DNA from: the human T2T-CHM13v2.0 reference genome, Homo sapiens
Reading direction: 5' to 3' (one strand)
DNA: 64,000 nucleotides
NCBI RefSeq assembly: GCF_009914755.1
Contig: NC_060930.1
The position numbers and the translations under genes are program-made. Each line of letters begins with the position of its first letter. The first letter of the stretch is position 1. The notes below the pieces were generated by a model. It was not told the DNA's origin and did no database searches. It saw only the letters and a program-made list of their open reading frames with translations. Of this stretch, positions 42,540-54,935 are shown piece after piece.

Positions 42540-44520
42540 TCAAATAAAGCTACATCATTCATATACAGTAAGAAAACCTTGTAACAACTTACTTTTATTT
42601 TCCCCACCAGCTTTTGTGCTATTATCATATATTTTACTTCTACATGTTGTAAGCCTCACAATCCATTGTCATTATTTTTTTTTCATGAGTCAGTTATCTT
42701 TTAAGAAAAATTGGAAAAGAAAAGCACCCCAGTGCTTACCACTGCCAATGTTCTTCATTTCTTTGTGTGGACTCATATTTCCATTTGTTGTCAATTTCCT
42801 GGTGTATAAAGGACTTCCTTTAATATGTGTGTGTGTGGGTGGAGCAGGGGGAGAGTGTTTAAGGTCTGCTGGTGAATTCTATCAGCTTTTGTATATCTGA
42901 AAAAGTCTTTGTTTTACCTTGATTTCTGAAAGATATATTTGCTGTATATAGAATTCTATGTTGACAACTTTTTCTTATGTTGCTCCACTGTCTTCTGGCT
43001 TGCATTGATTCTGATAAGTTGTCTGTTATTCTTGTTCTTCTGTATATAACATGTCTTTTTCTCTGGATGCTTTTACGTTGTTTTTTTATTACTTGTTAAG
43101 CAATTAGATTATTTGCCTTTGTATAGTTTTCTTCTCTGTTCTTATACTTCGGGTTCACTGTACTTTTTTGATCTGTGTAGTTATAGATTTCACAAAATTT
43201 GAAAATATTTAGTAATTATTTTTGCAAATGTTTCAGTTTTCTCCTATCTCTCCTCTTCTTTAAGAACTCCAATTACATGTATGTTTGGCTAATCAAAGTC
43301 ACTGTCCCACAGTTCACTGATGTGCTATTCATCTTTTTTTAGGTCTCTCTTCTCTGTGTGTTTTGTTTTGGATAATTTTTATTTCTCTATCTTCAAGTTT
43401 AACAGTTTTTCTTCTACTGTGTCTAATCTACTGTTAATTTTATCTAGTCATCATTGTTTTCAACTCTGGAAGTTCAATTTTGGTCTTTAAAACTTTTTAA
43501 ACATTCCATGTCTCTTTTTATTATGCTTATATTTTCCTTTATCTTCTTTGACATATGGAATATATTTATATTAATTATTTTAATGTCCTTGCCTACTGGT
43601 TTTGTCATCTATGTAATTTCTGAATCTATTTCTATTGATTGACTTTTGGGGTGGGGGGCGTTATGAGTTACATTCTTTTTACTTCATTGCCTGCCTGGCA
43701 ATTCCTTATTGAATACCAGATATTGTGAATGTTACCTTGTTGGGTGCTGGATGTTTTTCTATTTTAAAAAATATTCTTCAGCTTTGGTCTAGGATGCAGT
43801 TACATTACTTTGAAATAGTTTGATTCTCTCAAGGCATGCTTTTAAGCTTTGCTAGGTGGGAAAAGAATAGTATTTAGTGTATTTTTTAGTCTAGGGCTAA
43901 TTTTTACCTACTACAGAGGCAACCCCTTTCTGAGTACTTTACCTCATTCTTTGTGTGTTATGAATCTTTTTTCTGTGGCTGGTGGGAACACAAGCTCTGC
44001 CAAGCTTTGTGTGAACTCTGAGTATTGTTCTGCCTGTTTCTTTCCTGTGGTCCTTTTCCCAGCAACAGGCAGTTTCCTCATACATGCACTGACCACTATT
44101 CAACTAAAAACTCAGGGGAACTCTGTGCAGATCTCTAGCTCTTTCTCTTTGTAGTTCTCACCTTTCCATGAAGCCCTCTCCTCTCCATGAAGTTTTCTCC
44201 TTTATGAAATGATCTCCTTTCTAGTACTCTACCCACTGAATTCTAGCTGCTTTGGTCTCTGAATTTTCAAATCTATATCTTCAACTCAGGGAAACCTATG
44301 GTCTCTGTTTGAGACTCCCTCTCTGCTGTGTGACTTAGCAACTCTTTTCATAAGCTATTTTCAAGTCTTTTGCTATTTTCACATTTGCTTTCCTATTCCA
44401 AAGGATAACTGTCCTGTGCTGCCTACCTAAAAACAATTAATTCATAATTATGTCTGGTTTTTTTAAAGAGGGAGATCCATGTTACTTCATGTTACCTTGT
44501 CTTGACTAGGAGTGGCAGTT
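42540..44520 (-). mobile_element. Old L1M 5'/ORF1 region
   Basis: tgaaagatatatttgctgtatatagaattct...ctccactgtcttctggcttgc...gaactccaattacatgtatg. Confidence 0.75.
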
Positions 44521-45024
44521 GCCTCATTTGCTCCTTCCATTATTTCCTATCTATGTTTAGCACACCTGTGCTTTATTTTAAGTATGACTCACATGTTTCA
44601 AGGTCTAGTTGCTTACTTGCTAGATATAAAAACTCATATTACAGAATAGAATAATTTAAACATTTTCCCTTTATTTCACAAGTACTACATGTTTATTTTA
44701 GAAAAAAATAGAAAATAAGATAAACAAAAAGAAGAAAACACAAGTCACCATTAAGTCTACTACATTGCAGTTACTATTTTGGTGTCATCTCACAGCTAGG
44801 GGATTCTTTTATTGGGAAACACTGCGATATACTTGATGGACATTTTGGTTGATAAAGATGAGGTTTCCTGGGTGTATGATAGTCAGGTACGTGAGAAAAG
44901 AGATGACTTAATTGTTCTTCCTAATAAGGAGAAGAATCTATGGTTTTCCAGAACTTACTTGAAATGGTAAAGAGAAGGGACAGATAGAAGAGAAGACTTG
45001 TGAAAAGAAGCCGATTAAGAGGTC

Positions 45025-45250
45025 AGTGGGAGTTGAACAATGAGAACACATGGACACAGGGGCAGGGTCCTCACACACTGGGGCCTGTCATGGGGTGGGA
45101 AGCTGGGGGAGGGATAGCATTAGGAGAAATACCTAATGTAGATGATGGGTTGATGGGTGTGGCAAACCACCATGGCACGTGTATACCTATGTAACAAACC
45201 TGCACTTTCTGCCATGTACCCCAGAACTATAAGTATATATATATAGAGAG
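45025..45250 (+). mobile_element. L1PA7-like 3' end
   Basis: gggagttgaacaatgagaacacatggacacagg...gcattaggagaaatacctaatgtagatg; TSD agaggtcagt/agagatcagt. Confidence 0.9.
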
Positions 45251-45434
45251 AGAGATCAGTAAACGGGAGTCTAAGAAGAGAAATTCCCTGTGGCCAGGAA
45301 TTGCTTAGTCATTCTTTCCTCAATTACTTGTAAGAACATACATCTAATATTAAATTTAAATTGTCATTTGTACTGTGCTAAAATCTCAAAAACATTAAAT
45401 ATCATCTGCTAGTGCTTTTTGTGCTTTGGAAGAA

Positions 45435-45840
45435 TTAATTTACCAGGTATTTATTGGATATCTACTGGGTACCAGGCACCATTCTGGGTACCTGGAATAC
45501 AACGAACAGAGGTCCCTCTCCTTTAGAGCTTGCATTTGAATAGGGATCAACAATGCACAAGAAAAATAATTAATAGGTACATTTCATAATGTTTTAGAAA
45601 GTGATTCATACCTTAGAAAAATAGGGGAAGTAGAGCAGAAGTGTAGGGTTAGGCTAGGGTGAAGGAGGCAAGTTAGACTTTTAAATTGGTTGGTCAAGAT
45701 GAGTAAAGACTTAAAGAAGATGGGGGAGTTAGCAACAAGGATAGCAGGGGGAAGAGCAGTTCCAGCTCAGGGAGCAGCCAGTGCAAAGGCCCTCAGGCAG
45801 AAGCTGCTTTTCATGATAAGAACCAGCAAGGAGACCAGAT
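45435..45840 (-). mobile_element. L2 fragment
   Basis: tatttattgg...ccaggcaccattctgg...cagccagtgcaaaggccctcaggcag. Confidence 0.75.
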
Positions 45841-46169
45841 TAATGTCTTACTACTCCTAATAAGGAAAAGAAAGTAGATGTGTATATTCAATCCAGGAGT
45901 GCTTGGATAAAACCATAAATTTTAGAAAAAACATATTTGGATCTAGAGATAACAGCAAGAAACACAAGCAGATACTGCTTGGGAGACTGATCTAGGATGA
46001 CAATCAGCAATGAAATAGTAAAAACGGCTCAAAAATAGCAGTACAATATATCTCATTTGTACTCAGATTTGTTGTTGATGTTATTTTAGTAATTAATCTT
46101 GGAATTGTTTAGCCCCAAGCCCCGATCTACCCATATGGTGTAGAGACCATTTGTAACTTTTTGGTTTTC

Positions 46170-46680
46170 TTTTTTACTTTCCTTCCTTTTGGGAAATGGC
46201 CCTTCCCATCCTGGACGCTCTCGACCTATAGGCATAACCTACTCTAACCGTGGGGTAGGCACCAAGAATTAGGCTGGAAAATCAGTAATTCAAACTCTTG
46301 GCCACAAAAATTGGTCAATTTGGGGACGGGCAAATTGCAGAGTCCAGTCATATCTGAGTCTGTCTAAAAATTGATATGGACTGTAGGAGGTTGCACTCTT
46401 TTCCTTGGGAACACTGGATACAAAGATGATATGAGAGCCCTGTGGATATTTTGCTGACATAGAAAGACTTCTTGATAAACAGCAGAGCAGAGAGGAAAAA
46501 GAGAGAGAGAGAGAGAGAGCAAGCCCAATAATATTGATTGAAACCCTGCCTCCAGCCATGTTCCATGTCAGCACCAGCACCATCCCATTTGATTTCTCAT
46601 GGGCTAATACATTTGTTTTGCCTAAACCTTTTGGGTTTCTATTGCTTGCAACCCAAAAGATCCTGTTAAATGAGAACACT
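46170..46680 (+). mobile_element. Old MLT1-type LTR fragment
   Basis: Ends tttgggtttctattgcttgcaacccaaaagatcctg. Confidence 0.5.
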
Positions 46681-47276
46681 TGCCTTCTCCAAACTTTCCC
46701 CACACCATTTCTAGAGTCCCAAGAGGTGTCTTAAATGCCTCCAGAATTGGTCTGGGTTGTCCCTGTCTGTTGCCACATTATTGACCATGGCCCAGAGGAG
46801 GCTCTGCTGCTCTAAATGTGAGCTAAGCCTGAAATCTACCGGCAGAGGTGCCTTTGGCCTTGCTGAATGGATCCCCCACTGCAGGGTGAGAAACCCTGCT
46901 TACTGCTCTGTAAGGTTGCTGAATGTTAAGATAGGAGAGGCTCCTGTCTATGTGTTTATTTGGAAGTTCCAAAGCAAGTCTCCTTGAGCCACAAGTTGTT
47001 ACTAAGTTAGAATGGAAACGACTCTTTTAGTGGACACATTCACCCATCTTCAGAAAGCCTAATCCAGGCTCTTCACCCAGGACACCTCTGTCCTTTTCCT
47101 TTTGGCTTCACTGTAGGGCAGCTCATGTGCAAGTTTCCTTCCCTGTAAGGGGACTATCCTCAGATACACTGACCCCTTCACCCCCGCCATTGCTATTCGC
47201 TCTCATTTGGTCTTCCTGAGTTTACAATTAGTTAGAAAAGGGAGGCACAGTAGGTGGAGTGGATATGGTCACTTAT

Positions 47277-47449
47277 CTCTGATATTATCTATGGTCACTT
47301 TCAAATCCTGACTCTGGTTCACTAGAATCAGGCAATCACATATAACCTGGCATGAATTTAGATTGCTGAAGTTGAATAGCAATGGATTGGTCAGCCTACC
47401 ATGCAGGCTGATATTCATTGTTTGGTCATGTCTATGAGAAGACAGACTG
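47277..47449 (-). pseudogene. Candidate fossil exon with mutated donor
   Basis: Acceptor (ttttg)n-tttcttAG; ADQSIAIQLQQSK and LVNQSQDLKVTIDNIR in two frames; ends gag|ATAAGT, i.e. GTAAGT with G>A. Confidence 0.45.
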
Positions 47450-48172
47450 CTAAGAAACAAAACAAAACAAAACAAATCAGCAAAAAACCCCTCCAGTCTA
47501 AAATTAAAAAGCTGAATGTACTGGTAACTTACCAAGCTACATGGGCATTTTCATAAAATAGTCAGCATTGTGGTAATTACTACTTAACCAGCATATTTAG
47601 CATCTCTTTATGGGCCAGACGCTATGATAGGCATCTTACCCTACTTGGTTTGATTTGGAAGGGAGTTATGCCTTGCACTCTCTAAATTTGCAAGCAAAAC
47701 CTGAAAGTAGTGGCTGAATAAGATCCCTGGTAAATCTTCAAAGCTGCCAAAATGTTTTATGTTTTGTGAGGTCAAGCTCAGGATTATATACCTGGTTTGG
47801 GGTTACGCATGTAGATCTGGGGTGTGGTTGGTGACTCAAACACATGTCAGGGAGGTTTGGTTGCGGAAAGTGTGATAGATGTTAGGAGAGCTCCTGCAAC
47901 TTTTTTGGTTTGAAGCAGCATTTGATACTATTAGACTCCAGGGCCCACATTTAATTTAGAAGCTTAAAGACACTAGGGTTCAGAAAAATATAAAAAAATT
48001 TTACCCCGGGTTTTTTCTATTGTGCTTTCAAATTGCAAGATAAAGGCAAAACCTCAGAAATAATTAGCAAACCTAAATTCCTGGAATCTCTCAACACACT
48101 TGAAGCATTCCTGTAAAACAAGCACGTGTTTCAGGATTTGGTGCGCAATCTTGCGTTTATCCTTTCTTTTAC

Positions 48173-48437
48173 CTTGTAATGTTTCCCATCTTTCTCTCTT
48201 AAGCCTACTCTGTGGATCTCAGAAAAGCCCTTCTGGTCTGCAGTGGGTCTTCTGTTACCACTTTCTAGGTTCTTCAAACTCAGTCCTGGCTCGATCATAC
48301 TGTAAGGGGATGGGTTTGACTGACTCCCAGCATCATTCAGCTGACTCAGGAATAATGGACTCCAGTATCTACGGGAAGTATCTGCGTCTTTTTCTCCCTT
48401 CCCTCTCCTGCTGCACACTCCAAAATATGTTGAAATT
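48173..48437 (-). pseudogene. Candidate exon (265 nt)
   Basis: Strong acceptor ttgttattttgcattcttttAG, donor aag|GTAAAA. One frame is open for 88 codons (track ORF 48131..48451); another frame reads LQYDRARTEFEE...SRLKRERWETLQ with stops. Confidence 0.5.
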
Positions 48438-48595
48438 CTAAAAGAATGCAAAATAACAAATGAGAACTCAAAATGAAAAAATACACTCTATATACTTTTT
48501 TGTTCCTTTTGCAACACGGTATGTTGAAGTGGATGCAATTTCTAAGTGCACTGTTTGGCAAAATGTATGGAAAGATTTGGTGATGTGTTAGTCAC

Positions 48596-48719
48596 CCTGA
48601 TTGGCCAAGAGAACTGCCTGTTGCCACTGATGCCACATGGTAGGAACATTGGGCCAAGTGTCTGGGACTTTGGTGTTGTTGTTGGAGTTCAATCCGTACC
48701 AACTGGACCCATACATCAA
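48596..48719 (-). pseudogene. Candidate fossil exon (124 nt)
   Basis: DVWVQLVRIELQQQHQ...; donor agg|GTGACT; weak acceptor. Confidence 0.35.
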
Positions 48720-49004
48720 CTTTGTGTTGAGGTAATGGTGCAGTACATAAATAGAATCATTCAGAAGTAGAGGCCCAATTACTAAATTAAAAGCCTGGTG
48801 CCTCATGGATAAGTACCATTCTTTGTTAAAATTTGCCAGTTTCTAAAAATCCCAATATTTTAATTCATTATTTAATTAAATAATATAAGTTCCATTAAAA
48901 CACAACAGCACTAAAAGGGAATTGAAACACCACAAAGGTGAAAATCCAATAAGCAAACGTATGTATGTTCTTCAAATGATGGCAAGGGAGAGAAGGAGGT
49001 GCCA

Positions 49005-49105
49005 CATGACACTAGGGAATTCTTTTATTTCTTCCTTGTGGAGTTTTCCACATAATTATCATAAACTGCCACAGGATTTAAAAGGTTTGGCTTGTTGCAA
49101 GCTTC
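49005..49105 (-). pseudogene. Candidate fossil exon (boundaries uncertain)
   Basis: SLQQAKPFKSCGSL**LCGKLHKEEIKEF after an AG; weak splice sites. Confidence 0.3.
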
Positions 49106-49302
49106 CTTAATTTTAGCAATAAAAATATCCTCCTTCTCTTAGTTTTATTCCCCGGCTTACCAGGAATCTATACACAAATAATTTTCTGCTTTAATTAAGC
49201 ATTCCTTTCTAGATATGTGCCAAGGCATATGTTTCTCCCCTCAAAGTCAGGGCCCTCTTCCAAGGTGGGCGGATAGCCTCTCAATAGGATGTAGCGCCTT
49301 AC

Positions 49303-49413
49303 TATTTTCTGTTTCTGTGTGAATGCAGGAGTCCCAATATTTTTTTCCAGCCAACAGAGTCTGGGGTGCTCATTAAGAATTTTCCAGAAGGTAATTTGTG
49401 GGGCAATTGTGGC
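49303..49413 (-). pseudogene. Candidate fossil exon (111 nt, phase 0/0)
   Basis: Acceptor cattacAG, donor ata|GTAAGG; open frame ATIAPQITFWKILNEHPRLCWLEKNIGTPAFTQKQKI. Confidence 0.45.
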
Positions 49414-49589
49414 CTGTAATGTGCATAATGACCCACATCCTGCCACCTCCCCTTAGTGTCCATGGCAGACATAATTTATCCATTGTGGTGCACCTTCCCA
49501 TGCAATTTGGGTGTGCTTTGGAATCTTTCTCAGTGGCATGCTTCAGACAGCTACTACCTATCAGAGACTGGATACCAAAGTCCTCTTAC

Positions 49590-49652
49590 TTGCTAGCCCT
49601 TGGCTCCCATGTCTCTAATCTGCCTGAGTAGCATTGCCTGGCTTCACATATT
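49590..49652 (-). pseudogene. Candidate fossil exon (63 nt, phase 0/0)
   Basis: Acceptor tttgcctccttccatccAG, donor caa|GTAAGA; NM*SQAMLLRQIRDMGAKG*Q. Confidence 0.5.
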
Positions 49653-49712
49653 CTGGATGGAAGGAGGCAAACAGGGATTACCCCTCCTGAAAGGTGGCTC
49701 AAGAATACTGAC

Positions 49713-49756
49713 TTCTTGAACTTTCTGAATCAAAGGAGCACCTGGCTTTAGGGATT
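49713..49756 (-). pseudogene. Candidate fossil exon (44 nt)
   Basis: Acceptor ttattcctgcAG, donor gaa|GTCAGT; (E)SLKPGAPLIQKVQE, ends in phase 0. Confidence 0.45.
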
Positions 49757-50691
49757 CTGCAGGAATAACATCAAGGGAAGTCATTTACAGCCAAATGCAA
49801 GTTCAATTCCAAGTATGCAGGAAGAGATAACCAGCATGAGAGTCTAATAAATCCTGACCATCACAGACTGACATGGCTTCTTGTTCAATAAAACATCACT
49901 TTCCTTCATTTGTGAAAATGAAACAGTATGAAAATGAAAATGATACAGTATAACTGTATCCTGGGGCAGCCCAACACAACTACTTGAATTTATAAAAGAG
50001 TATGGTAGACTTAGAAGTAGCAAAATAGACTATTGCTGCCTCTTAGAATGAAGGGGAGAGCAAGAGAGCCAGATAGTGGAGTAAAAAAAAGTGTTAACTG
50101 CATTACACTCACAAACTATAATCATTTAGACAAGGCTGGAATGTGGTGAATTTCTGCCTAGTTTTTGAAGAATTTAGGTAAATTAGTCATATAAACAAGA
50201 TTATGCTGTGTAAGAGAGCAGATTATTTTATGCATTTAGAGAAATTCATGTTATTGATTGTACCTGAGACCATAAACATTGCATTTCAGTTAAAATGTTA
50301 CCTAGTTCAGTTGAGGTCGGTTTAGCCCAGGTTGTCTGAATTTGTCTTTCCTAGCCCTTCCCCTAAGGATCCACTCAAAGCTCAGTAGAAAATACTGCAG
50401 ACTTGTGTAGTATCCTCTACCCCACAGGATCTCTGTGTTGACTGGCGTGATTTCTGACCTCCTTTCTCAACCAGCTGGCATCTAGTTCCCTTCTGTTCAC
50501 CTCTTCATTCTCTACTGTGATCAGTTTATCTGTCTCACCTCTTCTATATGGGCCTCCCTTACAAATGCAACATTATCTTCCATTAAGCTCTGAACCCTCG
50601 GCTCTATTTTCCAGAACACCTATCTCAGTGCTTCCCTGTATGCATCAAGGAGTAACCATACCCTTAATAGAAATAGTTTAAAACATCTCAC

Positions 50692-50781
50692 CCTCATGCC
50701 TTTCCCTGAATGTTGATCTCAAACAGGTGTGTCCCAGTCTTGTTAATGAGCCTGGATGCCTGGATACAATTACTGAGGTGT
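50692..50781 (-). pseudogene. Candidate fossil exon (90 nt)
   Basis: Acceptor ttattctgcatAG, donor agg|GTGAGA; translation not clearly coiled-coil. Confidence 0.3.
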
Positions 50782-50892
50782 CTATGCAGAATAACCGGTT
50801 TTAAGCAAATTTATAAATTTGGCCTGTATTTATTTATTTTAAAATTTCTCTTCACTTTTCTTATGGTATATTTCTCCCCAATCTTGTTGCTT

Positions 50893-50894
<2 letters not shown>

Positions 50895-50937
<43 letters not shown>

Positions 50938-50941
50938 AACA
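50895..50941. repeat. (CA)n microsatellite
   Basis: Directly visible. Confidence 0.95.
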
Positions 50942-51209
50942 ATATAAAACCATAAGGATGCCTTTTCAAAGTTGTTAGCTATTCTTGAAATTTTCTTCAT
51001 AAATATCTCTAGCAACCTAAGAGAACAATTAACAGGTACTACTACTCAGGGGTCAGGAGATATTTTGTAAAAAGCCACAACTCCGTACTTAAGTTTTCCT
51101 ATTTTTATCTTAAAATTCATGCATTTTCACTGTTTTGCATGACATATATTTAGTTTTATTTTATACAAAATATGCTTTTGCTTATTTTTACTGTCTTATT
51201 GATAAGGCT

Positions 51210-51321
51210 TAAGAGTCTCAGATTTAGGAAATAAAAAATACAGGATACCTAGTTAAATTTGAATTTCATATAAATGAAATATAATTATTTGTGTAAGTAT
51301 GTACTTTATCTAGCAACCCTA
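51210..51321. mobile_element. MER53-like hAT MITE, internally deleted
   Basis: cagatttaggaaataaaaaatacaggatacctagttaaatttgaatttca...tttatctagcaacccta. Confidence 0.7.
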
Positions 51322-51651
51322 ATAAGGATTGAGGTACTTCACTTTAAGACTATCATTTCTGGAACTAGGCATATTGAAGAGTACTGACAATGCAACCAGG
51401 ATTTTTCTTCTCTGAACATGTTGATATTTCAAGAACTTATGTTCAAATATATAAAGGCACATAGTAAATTGTGTCATGCTGAGCACAAATAGATCCCAAT
51501 AAGTTATTCAGCTTTCCTAATTATACAGGTTGGACCATGTCTTTTGACTTTAAAGGATAATGTCCTCAGAGAGATTTTATCTGACCTTTCAGTCTAGATT
51601 ATGTTTTCATTTATAGCAGTCACACTACTTCTTCTCACAAGCTTTATTTGT

Positions 51652-51745
51652 AATTATTTGATTATTGGTAATTATTTGATCCAATAATTAAATAATTGCA
51701 ATTATTTGATTATTGGTAATTATTTGATCCAATAATCAAATAATT
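51652..51745. repeat. Tandem pair of 46-bp AT-rich palindromes inside an L2 remnant
   Basis: aattatttgattattgg-[12 nt]-ccaataat(t/c)aaataatt, twice, joined by gc. Confidence 0.9.
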
Positions 51746-51968
51746 ATTTATTTACTGTATGGTTCTACCACTACTATAGGCTTCATGAGGGCAGAGATCT
51801 TTCCCATTTTGTTCTGTGATGTACTCAATGTTCACCAGTGTACCTGACATATAATAGGTGATTAATAAATTCAGACACTACAATAGAAGATTCCATTTTC
51901 TATAGTAACAAATAGAAAAAAAACTGGGAGTAAATATGCCAACAAGTATGGGAAACATATATAAATAA

Positions 51969-52280
<312 letters not shown>

Positions 52281-52437
52281 TAAACATACTTCTGAAGGGC
52301 ACAAAAGAGACATGAATACAAAAATAGTATACAAAAGTATACTATGTTTTTAGATAGGAAGTCTTGATAGTTACCAAGATGTCAAAGCACACTGAATTAG
52401 TGTATAGATTTAACATGTTCTTGAAATTATACAACAA

Positions 52438-52737
52438 TTTTTTTTTTTTGAGACAGAGTTTTGTCCTTTTTGCCCAGGCTGGAGTGCAATGGCGTGATCT
52501 TGGCTCACTGCAACCTCCGCCTCCCGGGTTCCGGGTTCACGCGATTCTCCTGCCTCAGCCTCTCGTGTAGCTAGGATTACAGGCACCCACCATATGCCTG
52601 GCTAATTTTGTATTTTTAGTAGAGATGGGGTTTCACCATGTTGGCCAGGCTGGTCTTGAACTTCTGACCTCAGGTGATCCACCCGCCTCAGCCTCCCAAA
52701 GTGCTGGACTACAGGCGGGAGACACTGCACCCAGCCC
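52438..52737 (-). mobile_element. AluS (Sq/Sx-like) with a 7-bp internal duplication ccgggtt
   Basis: Full Alu; ggagtgcaatggc; gacctcaggtgatcc. Confidence 0.93.
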
Positions 52738-54584
52738 ACAAATTTTTAAACTTTGAAAGTAATTCTAATGTTCAAATGAAAACAAAACAAACACACAAAA
52801 GAGCTAGGAAAATTTTAAAAGAACAACACAATAAGGGTAGATTATACATCCCAGCTAATATAGTATATTAATAGAACTTCAATAATTAAACTGTGATTAG
52901 GGCATAAGAAGACGTAGGTGGATCAATAAAATAGATGAAAAAGTCTAAGTTACATCTCAAATTAATGACAATAATAATTTTTCATTAAATATTGTTGGAG
53001 CATCTGTGTAACCATCTAGAAAAAAGTAAAATTGAATTCATACTTCATGCCATACACCATATAAACTTCAAAATGGATCAGCAATTTAAATGTGAAACTG
53101 AAACCATAAGTGTAATAAAAGAAAATGTAGCAGAATTCATTTTTAATGTTAGAGTAGGGAAGACCTTTGTGTGACTTAAGATCTAGAAGCCATAAACAAA
53201 GATTGATAAATTAATTAGATTATATACAAGAGAAAAAAGATATTCTGCATAGTGAAAACAAAATAAAATTCTTTAGGTAAAGTAAAAAGATGAACAACAC
53301 AATAGGAAAAAAAAACCACTCACAATTCCTATCAGTGAAAAAAAAAGCCAATGTCCCTAATATATCAAGAGTTCCTAGAAATAATTAAAAAAAAGACCAA
53401 CAATCCAATAGAAGGTTGATATTACATTATGGGAGAGGATGTGGGGAGACAGGTGTGTTTACTCCTGTTGGTGTGTTAATTGGCAAACATTTATGGAAAG
53501 TAACTCAGCAATAGTTACCAAAATTACATGCATAAATTATATAAAATGCATGAAAATATAAAGTTATGGACATTTGCTTGGTGACCTAATGTCTTTTTAA
53601 AAGGGACTAGTTAAATAAATTAAGGTACATCTATGTAATGTAATACTATTCAATTGTAAAATGGAATAATGTCACTCCCTTATCTGGAAGGAAAACCTCC
53701 AAAATACATATGTGAAAAAAAGCATGTGTCAAATGAAGTGCATGGCGTAAAAATGTTTTTATATATTAATGTGTGTATATGTATGCATGTGTATATGTAC
53801 ACACATATATACTCATACATGTATTTAGTTTACATATATATTTATTATGCATAAGGAAACTCACCGAGGATAAATAAGAAATTTCCTGTTAGGATGAATT
53901 GAGACTAGGAAGAGGAAACTAGGTGAATATGAAACAGGAGCAGGAGAGAGACTTTTAGTTGTATGAACTCTTATTGTTTAATTTATTTTTGAAAGATGCT
54001 AAGGTAATACACATTTAATAAATTAGGTAAGTAAATTGATTTTAAGAAGAAAAAAAAGACATCACCCAGAAAAACCAACAACAATAATAACTGTTTATAC
54101 TGTGAAATTTATTATTGAGGGTTGAATAAAAGTGCACTGAAAGGATACCAATGTTTTATGTTCTTTTTATTTTAAGCTGCCTTAAATTACTTTTGAAAAT
54201 AGGGGGCAGATAAATAAATAAGTGTATGTTTATGCTAACATTTGTTGGTCAGTATTGATTTATCTAGGGTGAACACTAATTCCTTTAAATTAGGAATGGG
54301 GAGTCTCCTTAGGGTTATGCAAAGAATCATAGAAGGCCTAACTGGTGCTCTCTGTTAGGAGATATTCAGTGGGATTTTGTGCTGCTGAAAAAAATGACTG
54401 AAGGCATTTTGGCATTCCATACATCAAGAACAGAATCTCAAAACCAAATGTGGTAAAACTCAGTAACTTCTTACTAGAAACTAAGCTACCTGGAGGGAAA
54501 CCAAACACACTCTTCTTCCTGCTGGGAAGTGGCAACAGTGGCCTCTGGCATTGTGATGTAAACGGCGCATCAGAATCATCTCAC

Positions 54585-54642
54585 CATCAAGTCTAATCTT
54601 TATTACTGCCATTGTACCATTTCGCTTTTAACAACAAAGGCG
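54585..54642 (-). pseudogene. Candidate fossil exon (58 nt)
   Basis: Acceptor tttgttttatgctctctAG, donor atg|GTGAGA; RLCC*KRNGTMAVIKIRLD. Confidence 0.4.
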
Positions 54643-54935
54643 CTAGAGAGCATAAAACAAATTTCCCTTCTTACACACTATAGCAGGGTCACTCTTCCCC
54701 AGAGCATACAATGTTTATATTTTAAAACCTAACAGAATAGTTTCCTTGATATTCTGTTTATAATAGAGGTCCTGATGAAATCCACATGGCTTACATTCAA
54801 CTGAAGTGAGGTTGATTGACAGAGGAAAGAACTTTAATAATAACTGGAAAGAAATAGGACTGCACCGTGGAGTGAGGAAGTTTACTTCCAAATTATGAGG
54901 CTGAGATGGAAATTTTAAGTTCCTTTACTTCTTAC

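Larger units (their letters stand above)
41050..42540 (-). mobile_element. L1MB/ME 3' region, interrupted by an L1PA end and a FLAM
   Basis: ttttattgagatataattgacac...; attgcggagtagtattccactg...ggacatttgggtcatttc. Confidence 0.8.

Noticed and set aside
48341-48350. AP-1/ARE-like motif GCTGACTCAG
   Set aside because: A single short motif is expected by chance in 64 kb; no supporting evidence.
51652-51745. Repeat-spacer-like pattern resembling CRISPR
   Set aside because: Only two units with identical loops, in eukaryotic DNA with no cas genes; it is a palindromic duplication.
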